A DNA stretch of 64,000 nt from Chthonomonadaceae bacterium. GTDB lineage: Bacteria > Armatimonadota > Chthonomonadetes > Chthonomonadales > Chthonomonadaceae. This document shows positions 26,366-35,722 of this stretch, one piece after another. Under the pieces are notes generated by a model. The model was not told where the DNA came from. It ran no database searches and was given only the letters and a program-made list of their open reading frames with translations. The position numbers and the translations under genes are program-made. Location of the stretch: NCBI GenBank assembly GCA_035650735.1, contig DASRGZ010000166.1:1-64000 (forward strand), read 5' to 3'. Positions within the stretch are counted from its first letter, which is position 1. Every line of letters begins with the position of its first letter.

Positions 26366-27927
26366 TCTACGTTATCCTTTCCAAGCTCGGCGTCCAGCCA
26401 ATTCCACCAGGCCACCAGGTCGGCATCCCGGATCTGGAAGAGCGTCTGCAAGAATTTCTCAGGGGGGCATTCCGGTCGGTTCGCCTTGAGCACCGTGTCC
26501 AGCACCCGTTGCGCCTCCACGTAGTAGCGGTCTTTGACGTAGGCCAGCAGCAGGTTGCAGGCGCGCATCGGCGTCGGCTTCTCCATCGCCAGGCGCGCGT
26601 AGAAAGTAGCCCGCTCGATATTGCGCTCCCGGTTGCGTCCGGCATCAAACCAGGTCAGGTAGATGTCGGCGGCATTGGTGGCCGCGATATATTTATCATC
26701 CCCGTTGGGGGTCTTCTCAATGATAGTAAGAAAAATTTTCAGTGCATCCCGCAGGTTGCCCAACTGGATCAGCAGCACGCCGGCCTCGTTATAGGCGGCG
26801 AAGAAGTTAGGCTCTAGCTCATAAGCGGCGCGATAGAGGCGAACGGCCTCCTCCAGCTTGCCGGCATAGCGGGCTTCCTGCGCCTTCTGGTAGAGCTGCT
26901 GCGCCTCGCTCGTCTGTGCCGTCGGGTTGTCGCCCAGCACATAGGCATCCATGACCCGCATCGCCTTGCGCATCTCCGGCGAGGGCGGCGCGATGTTGGA
27001 GGCGCTGCTGACCTCGTTGACAACGGCCTCTTCGACATTATCCTCCGGATGGGCCGATTGCGCCGCGCGCTCGGTCCAGGGCGTGTTCATCAGCCGCTGG
27101 AACAGAGCGTTTTGGCGTTCGGCGGTCCAGTTGGGCGAAGGGGGCGACTTATGACGCACGCGGCTGCTCCTCTGCTGCGACAGTAGGCGCACGAACGGAT
27201 TATCCAGCCCGCATTCGCGCCGTAGTATCTCCGAAAGAGCGGCACGGGCGCGGCAGACAGTTTGCCGTTCCCGATCTGACTCGGGCGCGACCTTGACGCC
27301 GGCCTGCCGCTCGCGCTCGCGGGCGATGTCCCGATGCAGCGCCTCCAGGTAGTTCTTCGGAATAGCCTTCAGCGCGCCGGATAGGGCCTTGCGGAACTGA
27401 ATGCGTTCATCCTGAGCGATCAGCGCCTCTTCCGGCTGGAGGGCGGTCTCCGTGGTCGCTAGCGTATCGCGCAGGCAGAGCGCGTTCTCGCTGTCGCCTG
27501 CCGTAGTAAGCGGCTGATCGATGGATAGGGTCGGCACATCCCGCCGCGCGGCCCGCTCGGCATCGCTGACCACCGAGCGCAGACAGCGCGTCAGGTAAGC
27601 GGGCGGGTCCGGAAAAATCGTATCTAAAGCGGCCGCAAAATCCTGCGTTTGCAACTGCGGATCGCTCAGGTATTTGCGGAGGGCGACCCGGGCCATCTTG
27701 CGGCAGGCTTCTGCCATGGCGACATAGCAGTCGTTGGCGCTCAGACGCGCCGGAAGGCGGCGGCCGTCCTCGAGGACGCGCGGGTTAGCCAGAATAGAGA
27801 TAGCCCGCGCGCCATAGCGCCGCATAATTGTTTCTGCCGCCTGTACCGGCTCAATAGCGCACACCGCCGCTTTCTGTTCGGCGGTAGTTGTGCCCTGGGC
27901 CTGCCGGGCCGATTGTTGCGTTAGCAT
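26362..27927 (-). CDS. Divergent sigma70/ECF-like domain fused to C-terminal TPR repeats (521 aa)
   Basis: AYLTRCLRSVVSDAERAARR (region 2-like), SIDQPL...LRDTL...PEEALI...ALKAIP (region 3/4.1-like), TVCRARAALSEIL (end of 4.2); TPRs GKLEEAVRLYRAAYELEP, AYNEAGVLLIQLGNLRDA; AGGAGG RBS. Confidence 0.78.
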   Translation of the reverse strand: MLTQQSARQAQGTTTAEQKAAVCAIEPVQAAETIMRRYGARAISILANPRVLEDGRRLPARLSANDCYVAMAEACRKMARVALRKYLSDPQLQTQDFAAALDTIFPDPPAYLTRCLRSVVSDAERAARRDVPTLSIDQPLTTAGDSENALCLRDTLATTETALQPEEALIAQDERIQFRKALSGALKAIPKNYLEALHRDIARERERQAGVKVAPESDRERQTVCRARAALSEILRRECGLDNPFVRLLSQQRSSRVRHKSPPSPNWTAERQNALFQRLMNTPWTERAAQSAHPEDNVEEAVVNEVSSASNIAPPSPEMRKAMRVMDAYVLGDNPTAQTSEAQQLYQKAQEARYAGKLEEAVRLYRAAYELEPNFFAAYNEAGVLLIQLGNLRDALKIFLTIIEKTPNGDDKYIAATNAADIYLTWFDAGRNRERNIERATFYARLAMEKPTPMRACNLLLAYVKDRYYVEAQRVLDTVLKANRPECPPEKFLQTLFQIRDADLVAWWNWLDAELGKDNVE

Positions 27928-28335
27928 GGGCAGCCTCCTACGCACAGAGATCGGAGCGCACAATCTACCAATAGGGTAGGTAACGCTCGCGCCTCCCTTT
28001 CGTGACACCCGACGGCCCAACTTTTTTCGCGGTTTTTTTCGTGGTTCACCTTCGGGATTCCTTCCCATTTACAGACGTTTTTTGGAAAGGAAAAGTTCAT
28101 CACCGCCTTTTAATTTTCGGTGAGCCAGCGGCAGGCTAAACCCCATACTCGTTGAATGCTCGCCTGCTAACTGACGTTGTTGCGCCCTATGGACAGACGT
28201 TGTACCCGAAGCAGAGCGGTTATTGATGGCAAGCATTGAATTTTTGCTGTCGGTAACACTCAAGGACAGACAACAGCGCGCTACGAGCGAACGGCCATTC
28301 AACGAGTATGGGCTAAACCCTGCCGCTCCAGGGCC

Positions 28336-28824
28336 TCACACTTGCGGCGCAGGCGGCGGTTGCGGCGTGCGGGCGGCAAACTCACCCCTGCCCAGCGGCC
28401 TGCCGGCGGGCCAGAAGAGATAGACCAGCGAGAACGGCCCCGCGCCCGCGACAAGGATAGCCAGGGCAATAAGCAATTGCGTCAGCGCGTATTCCATCCC
28501 CTGCTTGGTGATGTCGAAACCATGCTGCCAGTGCACCAGCACAATGGCGCCGACCATGACGGGGATGATCGCCAGCGCCCCGAGCCGTGCTAGAACGCCG
28601 GTCAGCACCGAGATACCGCCGAGAAATTGCGCCAGGCCGACCAACGCGGCAACCCAATTCGGCATCTGCAAATGCTGGGCAAACCCGGCGACGCCCGGCC
28701 CGCCGAAGGCGCCAAACAGAATGGCGCTGCCGTGATAGATGAAGACGACTGCTGCGGCCAGGCGAATGAGAAGCAAAGCCCAGCCAATTCGTCTCTGTTC
28801 CGGTGTTAGTTCCGCAGGGTTCAC
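28336..28824 (-). CDS. DoxX family membrane protein
   Basis: LLLIRL...FIYHG, G..VLTGVLARLGAL, VH, GMEY; GTG start after AAGGAGG. Confidence 0.9.
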   Translation of the reverse strand: MNPAELTPEQRRIGWALLLIRLAAAVVFIYHGSAILFGAFGGPGVAGFAQHLQMPNWVAALVGLAQFLGGISVLTGVLARLGALAIIPVMVGAIVLVHWQHGFDITKQGMEYALTQLLIALAILVAGAGPFSLVYLFWPAGRPLGRGEFAARTPQPPPAPQV

Positions 28825-29167
28825 TGTCTTGTTCCTCCTTGCCGTTTCCGACGGCCTCACCCTCTCCTCTCTCAGGAGAACCATACTCTGGCGGAAAAGC
28901 GCAATTTTGACTCGTTTGCCTGCCGTTTCGTTCCCTAAGCTGGTTCTGGAAGCCGGAATCTCGGTGGATGCCGGGCCAGACTTCGCCATTCCTCTCCTGT
29001 TCGGAAAAGCGCAAACTCACCGCCGAGAATGGCTGATATCGCGAAACGCGCATTCTTCCAGAGCCGTAGTGCGGAGTATCTAGATGTTACGGCGCGGCAG
29101 AGCTGCCCGTTAGAAGGCCGCCGTGCCGGCACGCTCAACGTGGAGGGATAGGGGAGGATTAGGACGG

Positions 29168-29701
29168 ATGACACTGGCACAGGTGCAGGCGGTTGTGGCC
29201 GCCGTCGTGGCATTGGCGTTATCGTGGGCGGGACTGCTGCTGGCAGTCTCCCTCACGCTGCCCGTTCAGACGGAGAAAGCGGCGCGCTCCCTGGAATTGG
29301 CGCCGAAACGCTGCCTGCTGAGCGGCGTGGGCCTGTTTCTGCTCTTTCTGCTCGGCATTCGAATTCTCGGCGCTCCCAACCCGCTGGTGAAGCTGATGGC
29401 CGGGCTTCTGCTCCTGGGGTTGGGCGCGGTGCTGTCTGTCGGAGCGGCGGGGCTGGCCCAATTGATGGGCGACCGCATCGGGGAGATGTCGGGAGCCAAG
29501 ACCTCCTTCGGCCTGCTGGTGCGCGGCAGCCTGGTCTATAGCGCGGCGCTGTTCTTCCCGTACCTGGGCTGGTTCCTGTTCGCGCCGCTGACGACCCTGT
29601 GCGCGCTCGGCGCCGGAGCCGCCGCGCTGTGGCCAAAACGGCCCGTGCCCGTGACGCCGCTGGCGACGACCCCGCCGCTGGAAGGACAGGGAGCGGCTTA
29701 A
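29168..29701 (+). CDS. Hypothetical integral membrane protein
   Basis: Several hydrophobic helices; 1 bp from the next gene. Confidence 0.7.
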   Translation: MTLAQVQAVVAAVVALALSWAGLLLAVSLTLPVQTEKAARSLELAPKRCLLSGVGLFLLFLLGIRILGAPNPLVKLMAGLLLLGLGAVLSVGAAGLAQLMGDRIGEMSGAKTSFGLLVRGSLVYSAALFFPYLGWFLFAPLTTLCALGAGAAALWPKRPVPVTPLATTPPLEGQGAA

Positions 29702-29702
29702 G

Positions 29703-31313
29703 ATGGAACCGCGCAGGAATGCCGGGCCAATAAACGGCCCGCAACGGCGCTCTGAGCCGTCTACTGGCCCGGCGCTGTCCCGCCGCGCCTTTTTGCAGCG
29801 GGGCGCGCTGGCCGGTATCGGCACGGGAGCCGTGCTGCTCGGCGGGGCGGGATGCAATACGGTGCAGGAGCAGGCGCGGCGCCTTACCGGCCCGACTCCG
29901 GCCCACTTCCCGCCGCTGCCGCGCGATGCCGGCGCGGTCGCGCAGGCCGTTCACGTCCTGAACCGCGTGGGGTTCGGCCCCCGTCCCGGCGAGGTGGGGC
30001 GCGTTGTCTCCATCGGCGCGGCGCACTATATCGAGGAGCAGCTGGCAGACAGGCTGGAGGAAGACCCGGCGGTTGCCTGGCGCGTCAACGCCCTGGAGAC
30101 CCAGCAGGACGAGCAGGATGCGCCCGACGTGCTCTATAGCATGGCGGACGTGCAGCTTCTGACCGAGACCCAGCAGGCCGCTCTCCTGCGCGCCGTCTAC
30201 AGCCGCCACCAACTGCGCGAGTCGCTGGCCGATTTCTGGACCAACCATTTCAACATCTATGCGCTCAAAGGCGACGGGCGCGTCCTAATCCCCACCGATA
30301 CCGAGCATGCCCTGCGGCCCCACATCCTGGGCACGTTCCGTGATCTGCTCTTCGCCTCGGCGCACAGCCCGGCCATGCTGGCCTACCTGGACAACCAGCA
30401 GAACCGGCGCGGCGTTCCCAATGAGAACTACGCCCGCGAGCTGCTGGAGCTGCACACGCTGGGCGTCCGCAGCGGCTACACGCAGAGAGATATTCAGGAG
30501 GTCGCCCGCTGCTTCACCGGCTGGACGATCACGGAGGGCTTTAACCGGGGCCAGTTCACCTACGACGCGGCACGCCACGATGACGGCGCCAAGTTTATTC
30601 CCTTCCTGAACTTGACCATTGCGGCGGGAGGGGGACGCAAAGATGCGGAGAGGGTGCTGGAACACCTGGCGCAACACCCGACGACAGCGCGATTCGTGAG
30701 CCGCAAGCTCTGCCGCCACTTTCTCGGGCAGGCACCGGAGGCGGTCGTCGCGCGGGCAGCGCGCGCCTATCTCAAGAACCATAGCGATCTCCGCGCCACA
30801 CTCCGCCCGATCCTGCTGGACGCGCTGCTGGCGCCGCAGGCCAATAAGCCCCTCTTGAAGCGCCCGCTGGAGACGTGCGTCTCGGCGCTGCGTGCGCTGG
30901 CAGCGGACACCGACGGCGGCGTGAACCTCCAGCAGCATCTGGCGGCGATGGGCCAGCCGCTTTATCAGTGGCCGATGCCCGACGGCTTCCCGAGCAAACC
31001 GTCGGCATGGACCGGCTCGCTGCTGCCCCGCTGGAACTTCGCGCTGGCCCTGGCCTCCAACGCCATTGAGGGCACGACCGTAGACCTGAATGCGCCGCTG
31101 GCTGCCGCGCACGCCCACAGCGACAACGACATTCTCAACGCGCTCATCGAAACCATTTTCGCCCGCGCGCACGACGCGCCGGTGATTGGCCCGGTTCGCG
31201 AACAGGTGCGTCAGCATATCGCGCGGGCGCGGCGCGCGTCCGTGCCGGATAAAACCGTTGTGGCCGAGGTGGCGGGTCTGCTGCTGGCCTCGCCTCTCTT
31301 CCAATGGCGATAG
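29703..31313 (+). CDS. DUF1800 family protein with a Tat (lipoprotein) signal
   Basis: SRRAFL...GAGC; LNRVGFGPRPG, FWTNHFN, PAMLAYLDN, PNENYARELLELHTLG. Confidence 0.93.
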   Translation: MEPRRNAGPINGPQRRSEPSTGPALSRRAFLQRGALAGIGTGAVLLGGAGCNTVQEQARRLTGPTPAHFPPLPRDAGAVAQAVHVLNRVGFGPRPGEVGRVVSIGAAHYIEEQLADRLEEDPAVAWRVNALETQQDEQDAPDVLYSMADVQLLTETQQAALLRAVYSRHQLRESLADFWTNHFNIYALKGDGRVLIPTDTEHALRPHILGTFRDLLFASAHSPAMLAYLDNQQNRRGVPNENYARELLELHTLGVRSGYTQRDIQEVARCFTGWTITEGFNRGQFTYDAARHDDGAKFIPFLNLTIAAGGGRKDAERVLEHLAQHPTTARFVSRKLCRHFLGQAPEAVVARAARAYLKNHSDLRATLRPILLDALLAPQANKPLLKRPLETCVSALRALAADTDGGVNLQQHLAAMGQPLYQWPMPDGFPSKPSAWTGSLLPRWNFALALASNAIEGTTVDLNAPLAAAHAHSDNDILNALIETIFARAHDAPVIGPVREQVRQHIARARRASVPDKTVVAEVAGLLLASPLFQWR

Positions 31314-31319
31314 AAGCCT

Positions 31320-32330
31320 ATGGCCGCTGCCATGCCGACAGCACAACCCAACCTCCGGAGTCAGGTGGTAGGGCGTCTGCGCGCTTTGCTGGGAGATCCC
31401 ATTCCCGCACAAGAGCTAGGACGCTTCTTCGACCACCTTTCCACCCTGCTCTCGTCCGGAATGTCCATACCGGAGGCGCTGGGGCGGGCGGCGCTCACGG
31501 TGGGCCCGGAACTACAGGCTATCTGCGCAGAGATCGCCGGGCCGGTTGCCGCTGGCGTGCCGCTATCGCGGGCGCTTGCGCCCTGGAAACGGCGCCTGCC
31601 GGAGATCGTGTTGGCGGTGCTGGAAGTGGGCGAGGCTTCCGGCACGCTGGATGCGGCGGCCAGAAGGCTGGCCCACACCTTTGATCGCTTCGCCAGCATA
31701 GAGCGGCGCATCCGGTACAGTGCGTTCGAGCCCAGGCTGATCATCGTGATCATCACATTGGACGTGGTCGCGCACGGGTTCGCTCCGACATTCCCCGCCC
31801 TCTTGCAGCAGGCGCTCGTGACCCTGCTCCAACTTACCTGCCTCTATCTGGCAGGTCGGCTGATCGTGCGCCTTGCTTTCCAATGGGAGCCGCTGCGGTA
31901 CGTGGTGGATACACTCAAGCTGGCCGTGCCGCAGATTGGCCCCGTGTTGCGCAACCTGGCGGCGGCGCGGTGGGCGCGCTCCTTTGCCACCCTCTGGCAC
32001 AGCGGCGTGCCGATCTCGACCGCGCTGGAGATCTCCTCCCGCAGCGCACTGAACGCCTGCTATGAGCGCGCCCTGCGCAAGGCGGCGGTGAGGACGCAGT
32101 GGGGCGAATCGCTCTCTGCGAGCCTGGCGGAAACCCAACTGCTGCCCCCGTACCTGCTCAACATCATCGCGACCGGCGAAACCAGTGGCAATCTTGGCTC
32201 CTCGCTGGAACAATTTACAAGCGTTCTGGAAGAGCAGGCGCTGGCGCTCGCCACGCAGCAGTTTGCCAGCCTGGTTATTGCCGGGGAAGTCATTGGCGCC
32301 GTGCTGGCGCTCAACTTCGTGTTTCATTAG
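31320..32330 (+). CDS. Type II secretion system F / PilC family protein
   Basis: Two T2SSF repeats: LSTLLSSGM...GEASGTLD and SGVPI..AL...GETSGNL. Confidence 0.88.
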   Translation: MAAAMPTAQPNLRSQVVGRLRALLGDPIPAQELGRFFDHLSTLLSSGMSIPEALGRAALTVGPELQAICAEIAGPVAAGVPLSRALAPWKRRLPEIVLAVLEVGEASGTLDAAARRLAHTFDRFASIERRIRYSAFEPRLIIVIITLDVVAHGFAPTFPALLQQALVTLLQLTCLYLAGRLIVRLAFQWEPLRYVVDTLKLAVPQIGPVLRNLAAARWARSFATLWHSGVPISTALEISSRSALNACYERALRKAAVRTQWGESLSASLAETQLLPPYLLNIIATGETSGNLGSSLEQFTSVLEEQALALATQQFASLVIAGEVIGAVLALNFVFH

Positions 32331-32331
32331 A

Positions 32332-32527
32332 CCTCACCCCGGCCTGCGGCCACCCCTCTCCTTCTCAAGGAGAGGAGAAGCCCTCACTCCCAGGTTGTTC
32401 CGTATTCCAGCCTCTACCCTCCTCCCCGGCCCTTCTCCCTGCAAGGGAGAAGGGGGAACAGAAGCCGGGTCCCCCCCTTCCCTGCGAACGTAGTGAGCGC
32501 ATCAGGGAAGGGGGCCGGGGGGTTAGG
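32332..32527. repeat. CCCTCTCCC/GGGAGAGGG palindromic repeat cluster
   Basis: Same family as 38-158. Confidence 0.8.
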
Positions 32528-32728
32528 TCGGTACTCCTCTCGTTACAGATGGAAATCCGTCCCAGGATCGGCCCCTAAATTCTCCTCTTTGCTTACCCCG
32601 GAGTGCAACCTCAGCATGGCAACCCACGGAACACCCTGTCGTATAGGTAAAACTGTCAGGGCCTTAAGACAGGTAATCCCAATCTATGCGATAAGCCCTC
32701 TTGGAAGAAAGCAGGAGAGGAGACGATC

Positions 32729-33082
32729 ATGGCGGATCAAGACGTACGTGCTGATGCCCGGAACCAGGGTCATGCGCCGAGGAATCAATCGCAGGAGTCC
32801 GTGCTGGATGAGAAGGTGAACATAGAGGCTCCCATTGTGGATGAGGGCGGGTCGGTAGAAGGCGTTGCCAGCGGCAGCCAGAAACAGAGTGCCCGCCGAG
32901 GTGCAGATGCCTCCGGCGCGGCGGGCCGCGAGGAAATAGGCGTCGAAGAATCCACCGACCCCGGCGGCACGGACATCGGCCCGACTAACCTCAGCGGCAC
33001 GCAATCGGCTACGGAAGTGCCGCAGCGCCTGGGCGTTGGCGAGTCCCTTCAGGAGAGCGCTGTCGAGGACAGTCGAGATTAA
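32729..33082 (+). CDS. Small acidic, probably disordered hypothetical protein
   Basis: AGGAG RBS; hydrophilic E/S/G-rich 117 aa. Confidence 0.65.
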   Translation: MADQDVRADARNQGHAPRNQSQESVLDEKVNIEAPIVDEGGSVEGVASGSQKQSARRGADASGAAGREEIGVEESTDPGGTDIGPTNLSGTQSATEVPQRLGVGESLQESAVEDSRD

Positions 33083-33161
33083 TGGGAGGCTGCGGGCAGA
33101 GAGCTTCCGGCGGGACTGCCCGTGTCCTGGTCCCGGCAGTGACGCCGTTCGGCGCGCTTAT

Positions 33162-33623
33162 CTAAGCCTCCCCCGCGTCTTCGGCAAGCTCTGCCGCTTC
33201 CTCCACACGGGCCGGCGAACCATCCAGTGGAGCCAGCCTGGCGGCCAGTTGCGGCAGCCGCAGCGAGAGGGCGGAGTTCGCTACCAGCAAGTCCACGCCA
33301 GCGGCCTTCGCGTTCGGACGCGCCTGCGGCAGCAGCTTGTGCGAGAGAAACCCCAGCACCGGCGCGGGATGCGGCAGCGCTTTGAGCTTCCTGACCACGA
33401 CATCGGGTTCCAGATGCGCCCGCCCGTAGTTGAGGATGACCAACGCGGGCGGGCGCTGTGATGCCTGCCTGACGGCCTCCTCGCCCGTGCCGACGACGCG
33501 CACCGCATACCCCAGCCGCTTCAGCACCGTCTCGATACGCACCGCAAAAAACAGATCATCCTCCACCACGAGCACTTCCGGGCGTTCAGTCGTCGGTTCC
33601 TGCCGTGCCTCTTCCATAGACAT
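33162..33623 (-). CDS. Stand-alone atypical response-regulator receiver domain
   Basis: VLVVEDD, GEEA, PALVILN (Asn at the usual phospho-Asp position), AKAAGVD. Confidence 0.85.
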   Translation of the reverse strand: MSMEEARQEPTTERPEVLVVEDDLFFAVRIETVLKRLGYAVRVVGTGEEAVRQASQRPPALVILNYGRAHLEPDVVVRKLKALPHPAPVLGFLSHKLLPQARPNAKAAGVDLLVANSALSLRLPQLAARLAPLDGSPARVEEAAELAEDAGEA

Positions 33624-33855
33624 CTACTCTCCCTGCGACGCCTGTTAAACTAAACTGCCAGTATGAGCGATCTCGGCTTCGTCATTGTACCTGAAGAATG
33701 TATCCACTGTAACTTATCCATCTTTCCTGCCTCGCGATAGACACGCCTTTATGGAAGCGCATCACCCGGTTGAATGGCCTGGCATAGTTTGCGAGGGCTT
33801 GACTTGCGCCCTCCAAACACGCTACCATAGCAAACCGCAGTGCCGTTCGGCTATG

Positions 33856-33940
33856 TCTCCCCTGGCAGGAGAGGCTTCACCCGGTTTCTCTTCCCCCTTC
33901 TCCCTTGGAGGGAGAAGGGCCGGGGATGAGGGGAGAACCT
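33856..33940. repeat. CCCTTCTCCC/GGGAGAAGGG palindromic repeat
   Basis: Same family as 38-158. Confidence 0.7.
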
Positions 33941-34027
33941 GACTTCTCCTCTCTCCTAGAATTGGGGTCCGTCCACGTTCTCCGGCGGTGCTGCGTTCAT
34001 CCCAATCTAAAGCGAGATTAGGTACTG

Positions 34028-35650
34028 ATGCCCCTGCTGATTACCGGCGGCAACAGCCGCCTTGCCCGCGCTATCGTCGCCGCGCTCGCCGAGACGACAT
34101 CCCTTCGCATCGTTGATACCCGTTTTTCCGACCCGCTGCCGGAGGGCGCGGAGAGCCGCGAAGGCGACCTGCGCGACCGGGATTTTGTCACTACTGCCCT
34201 GGAGGGCGTGGACGCGGTGCTGCACCTGGCGCCTATCAGCCTGCCCCAGACGGAGGAGCGGACGGCGCTGGACTATTCCACGCGCGGCACCTACACCCTG
34301 ATGACCGCCGCCCTGGATGCCGGCGTTAGGCGCTTTATCCTGGGCAGTACGCTTGACCTGTTCGCCAGGCTGCCCGCCAACTGGAAGGTCAATGAGAGCT
34401 GGCGTCCCCGCCCGGAGCCTCGCGTGGATCAGCTCGTCCCGTGGCTGACGGAACTCTCCGTGCGTGAGTGCGTGCGCACGGCACCGAATGCCCGTGCCCT
34501 CTGCCTGCGTTTTGGGCGGCTGGTGGATGACGCCGAGGCTTCCTTGTTGCCCTACGACCCACGCTGGCTGCATAGTGACGACGCCGTGGCGAGCATTCGC
34601 AGCGCCCTGGCCTTTGAGCCGGAGGAGGACTGGCGGCGGCAGGGCTGGAGCATCTTCCATATCACGTCACGGCGGGCACGCGCGCCAAAGTGGGCTGAAG
34701 CGGCCAGGACTGGCTTTGGCTATCAGCCGGTGCACGATTTTGCGGAGCAGGCACGCCATGCCGAAGCGCCTGCCCCGGATACGCGCCCCTGGCCGGAGGT
34801 GTTGGCCCCGCCCCACCCCATTCCCTCGCGCCCGATCCATAAGGTCGTCCTTTTCGGCGCGGGCGGCCCGGTGGCGGCGGCGGTCGCCCAGGAGCTACAG
34901 ACCTCGTATACGCTGCGGCGGACCGATCTGCGCCCCCTCGCCCAGATCACTGCCGAGGAGAACCGCCAGTCACCGAACGCGCCGCTGCCGACGCCGCTTG
35001 GCCCGCCGCATGAGTACCGGGAAGTGGATGTGCGCGACCTGGAACAGGTCATGGCGGCCTGTGAGGGCATGGATGCCGTCATCAACTGCACGGTATTGCG
35101 TGAGGACCCGGTGGAGGCATTTCTGGTCAATATGCTGGGCGCCTACAACATCGTGCGTGCTGCCGCCGCGCACGGTATTCGCCGTGTGGTGCATACCGGC
35201 CCGCTAATGGCGTCGGCTTCGGGCGGCATCGGCTACTGGTGGGACTACGATATTCCAGGCGATGTGCCGCCGCGCCCGGGCCGCGACCTCTACGCACACA
35301 CCAAGTTTCTGGGGCAGGAGATCTGCCGGGTCTTCGCGGATTATTATGCTATGGAGGTGCCTGTCCTGCTCTATTGCCAGTTTGTCAACCCGGAAATGGA
35401 CCGCTGGGTGAACTCGTTCGCTGTCTCCTGGCAGGATTCGGCGCGGGCCATTCGCCGCGCGCTGGAAGTCCCCTCCCTGCCCTCGCCCTATGAGGTCATG
35501 AACATCACGGCGGACCTGCCGCACGGTCGGTTCTCCAACCAAAGGGCCAAAGACATTCTCGGCTGGCAGCCGCGCGATAACTTTGAATCCATCTGGGACG
35601 CCGCCCGAAGATCGAATGAGCCGCAAAGGAGCGCGAATGAGGGCGAGTAA
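34028..35650 (+). CDS. Tandem two-domain NAD-dependent epimerase/dehydratase (extended SDR)
   Basis: LLITGG...GDLRD...GVDAVLHLA and VVLFGAGG...DVRD...GMDAVIN...YAHTK. Confidence 0.85.
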   Translation: MPLLITGGNSRLARAIVAALAETTSLRIVDTRFSDPLPEGAESREGDLRDRDFVTTALEGVDAVLHLAPISLPQTEERTALDYSTRGTYTLMTAALDAGVRRFILGSTLDLFARLPANWKVNESWRPRPEPRVDQLVPWLTELSVRECVRTAPNARALCLRFGRLVDDAEASLLPYDPRWLHSDDAVASIRSALAFEPEEDWRRQGWSIFHITSRRARAPKWAEAARTGFGYQPVHDFAEQARHAEAPAPDTRPWPEVLAPPHPIPSRPIHKVVLFGAGGPVAAAVAQELQTSYTLRRTDLRPLAQITAEENRQSPNAPLPTPLGPPHEYREVDVRDLEQVMAACEGMDAVINCTVLREDPVEAFLVNMLGAYNIVRAAAAHGIRRVVHTGPLMASASGGIGYWWDYDIPGDVPPRPGRDLYAHTKFLGQEICRVFADYYAMEVPVLLYCQFVNPEMDRWVNSFAVSWQDSARAIRRALEVPSLPSPYEVMNITADLPHGRFSNQRAKDILGWQPRDNFESIWDAARRSNEPQRSANEGE

Positions 35651-35722
35651 AGCCGGCCTCCACATGGGCTATGGCAGGGCCATTCAGTTCTCGGTAAAGG
35701 AAAACTGAAGGCCCCTGGGGCT

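Noticed and set aside
28886..29063. Possible MITE bounded by CTCTGG.GAA..GCGC inverted repeats
   Set aside because: Arms too degenerate, no target duplication and no second copy in the window.
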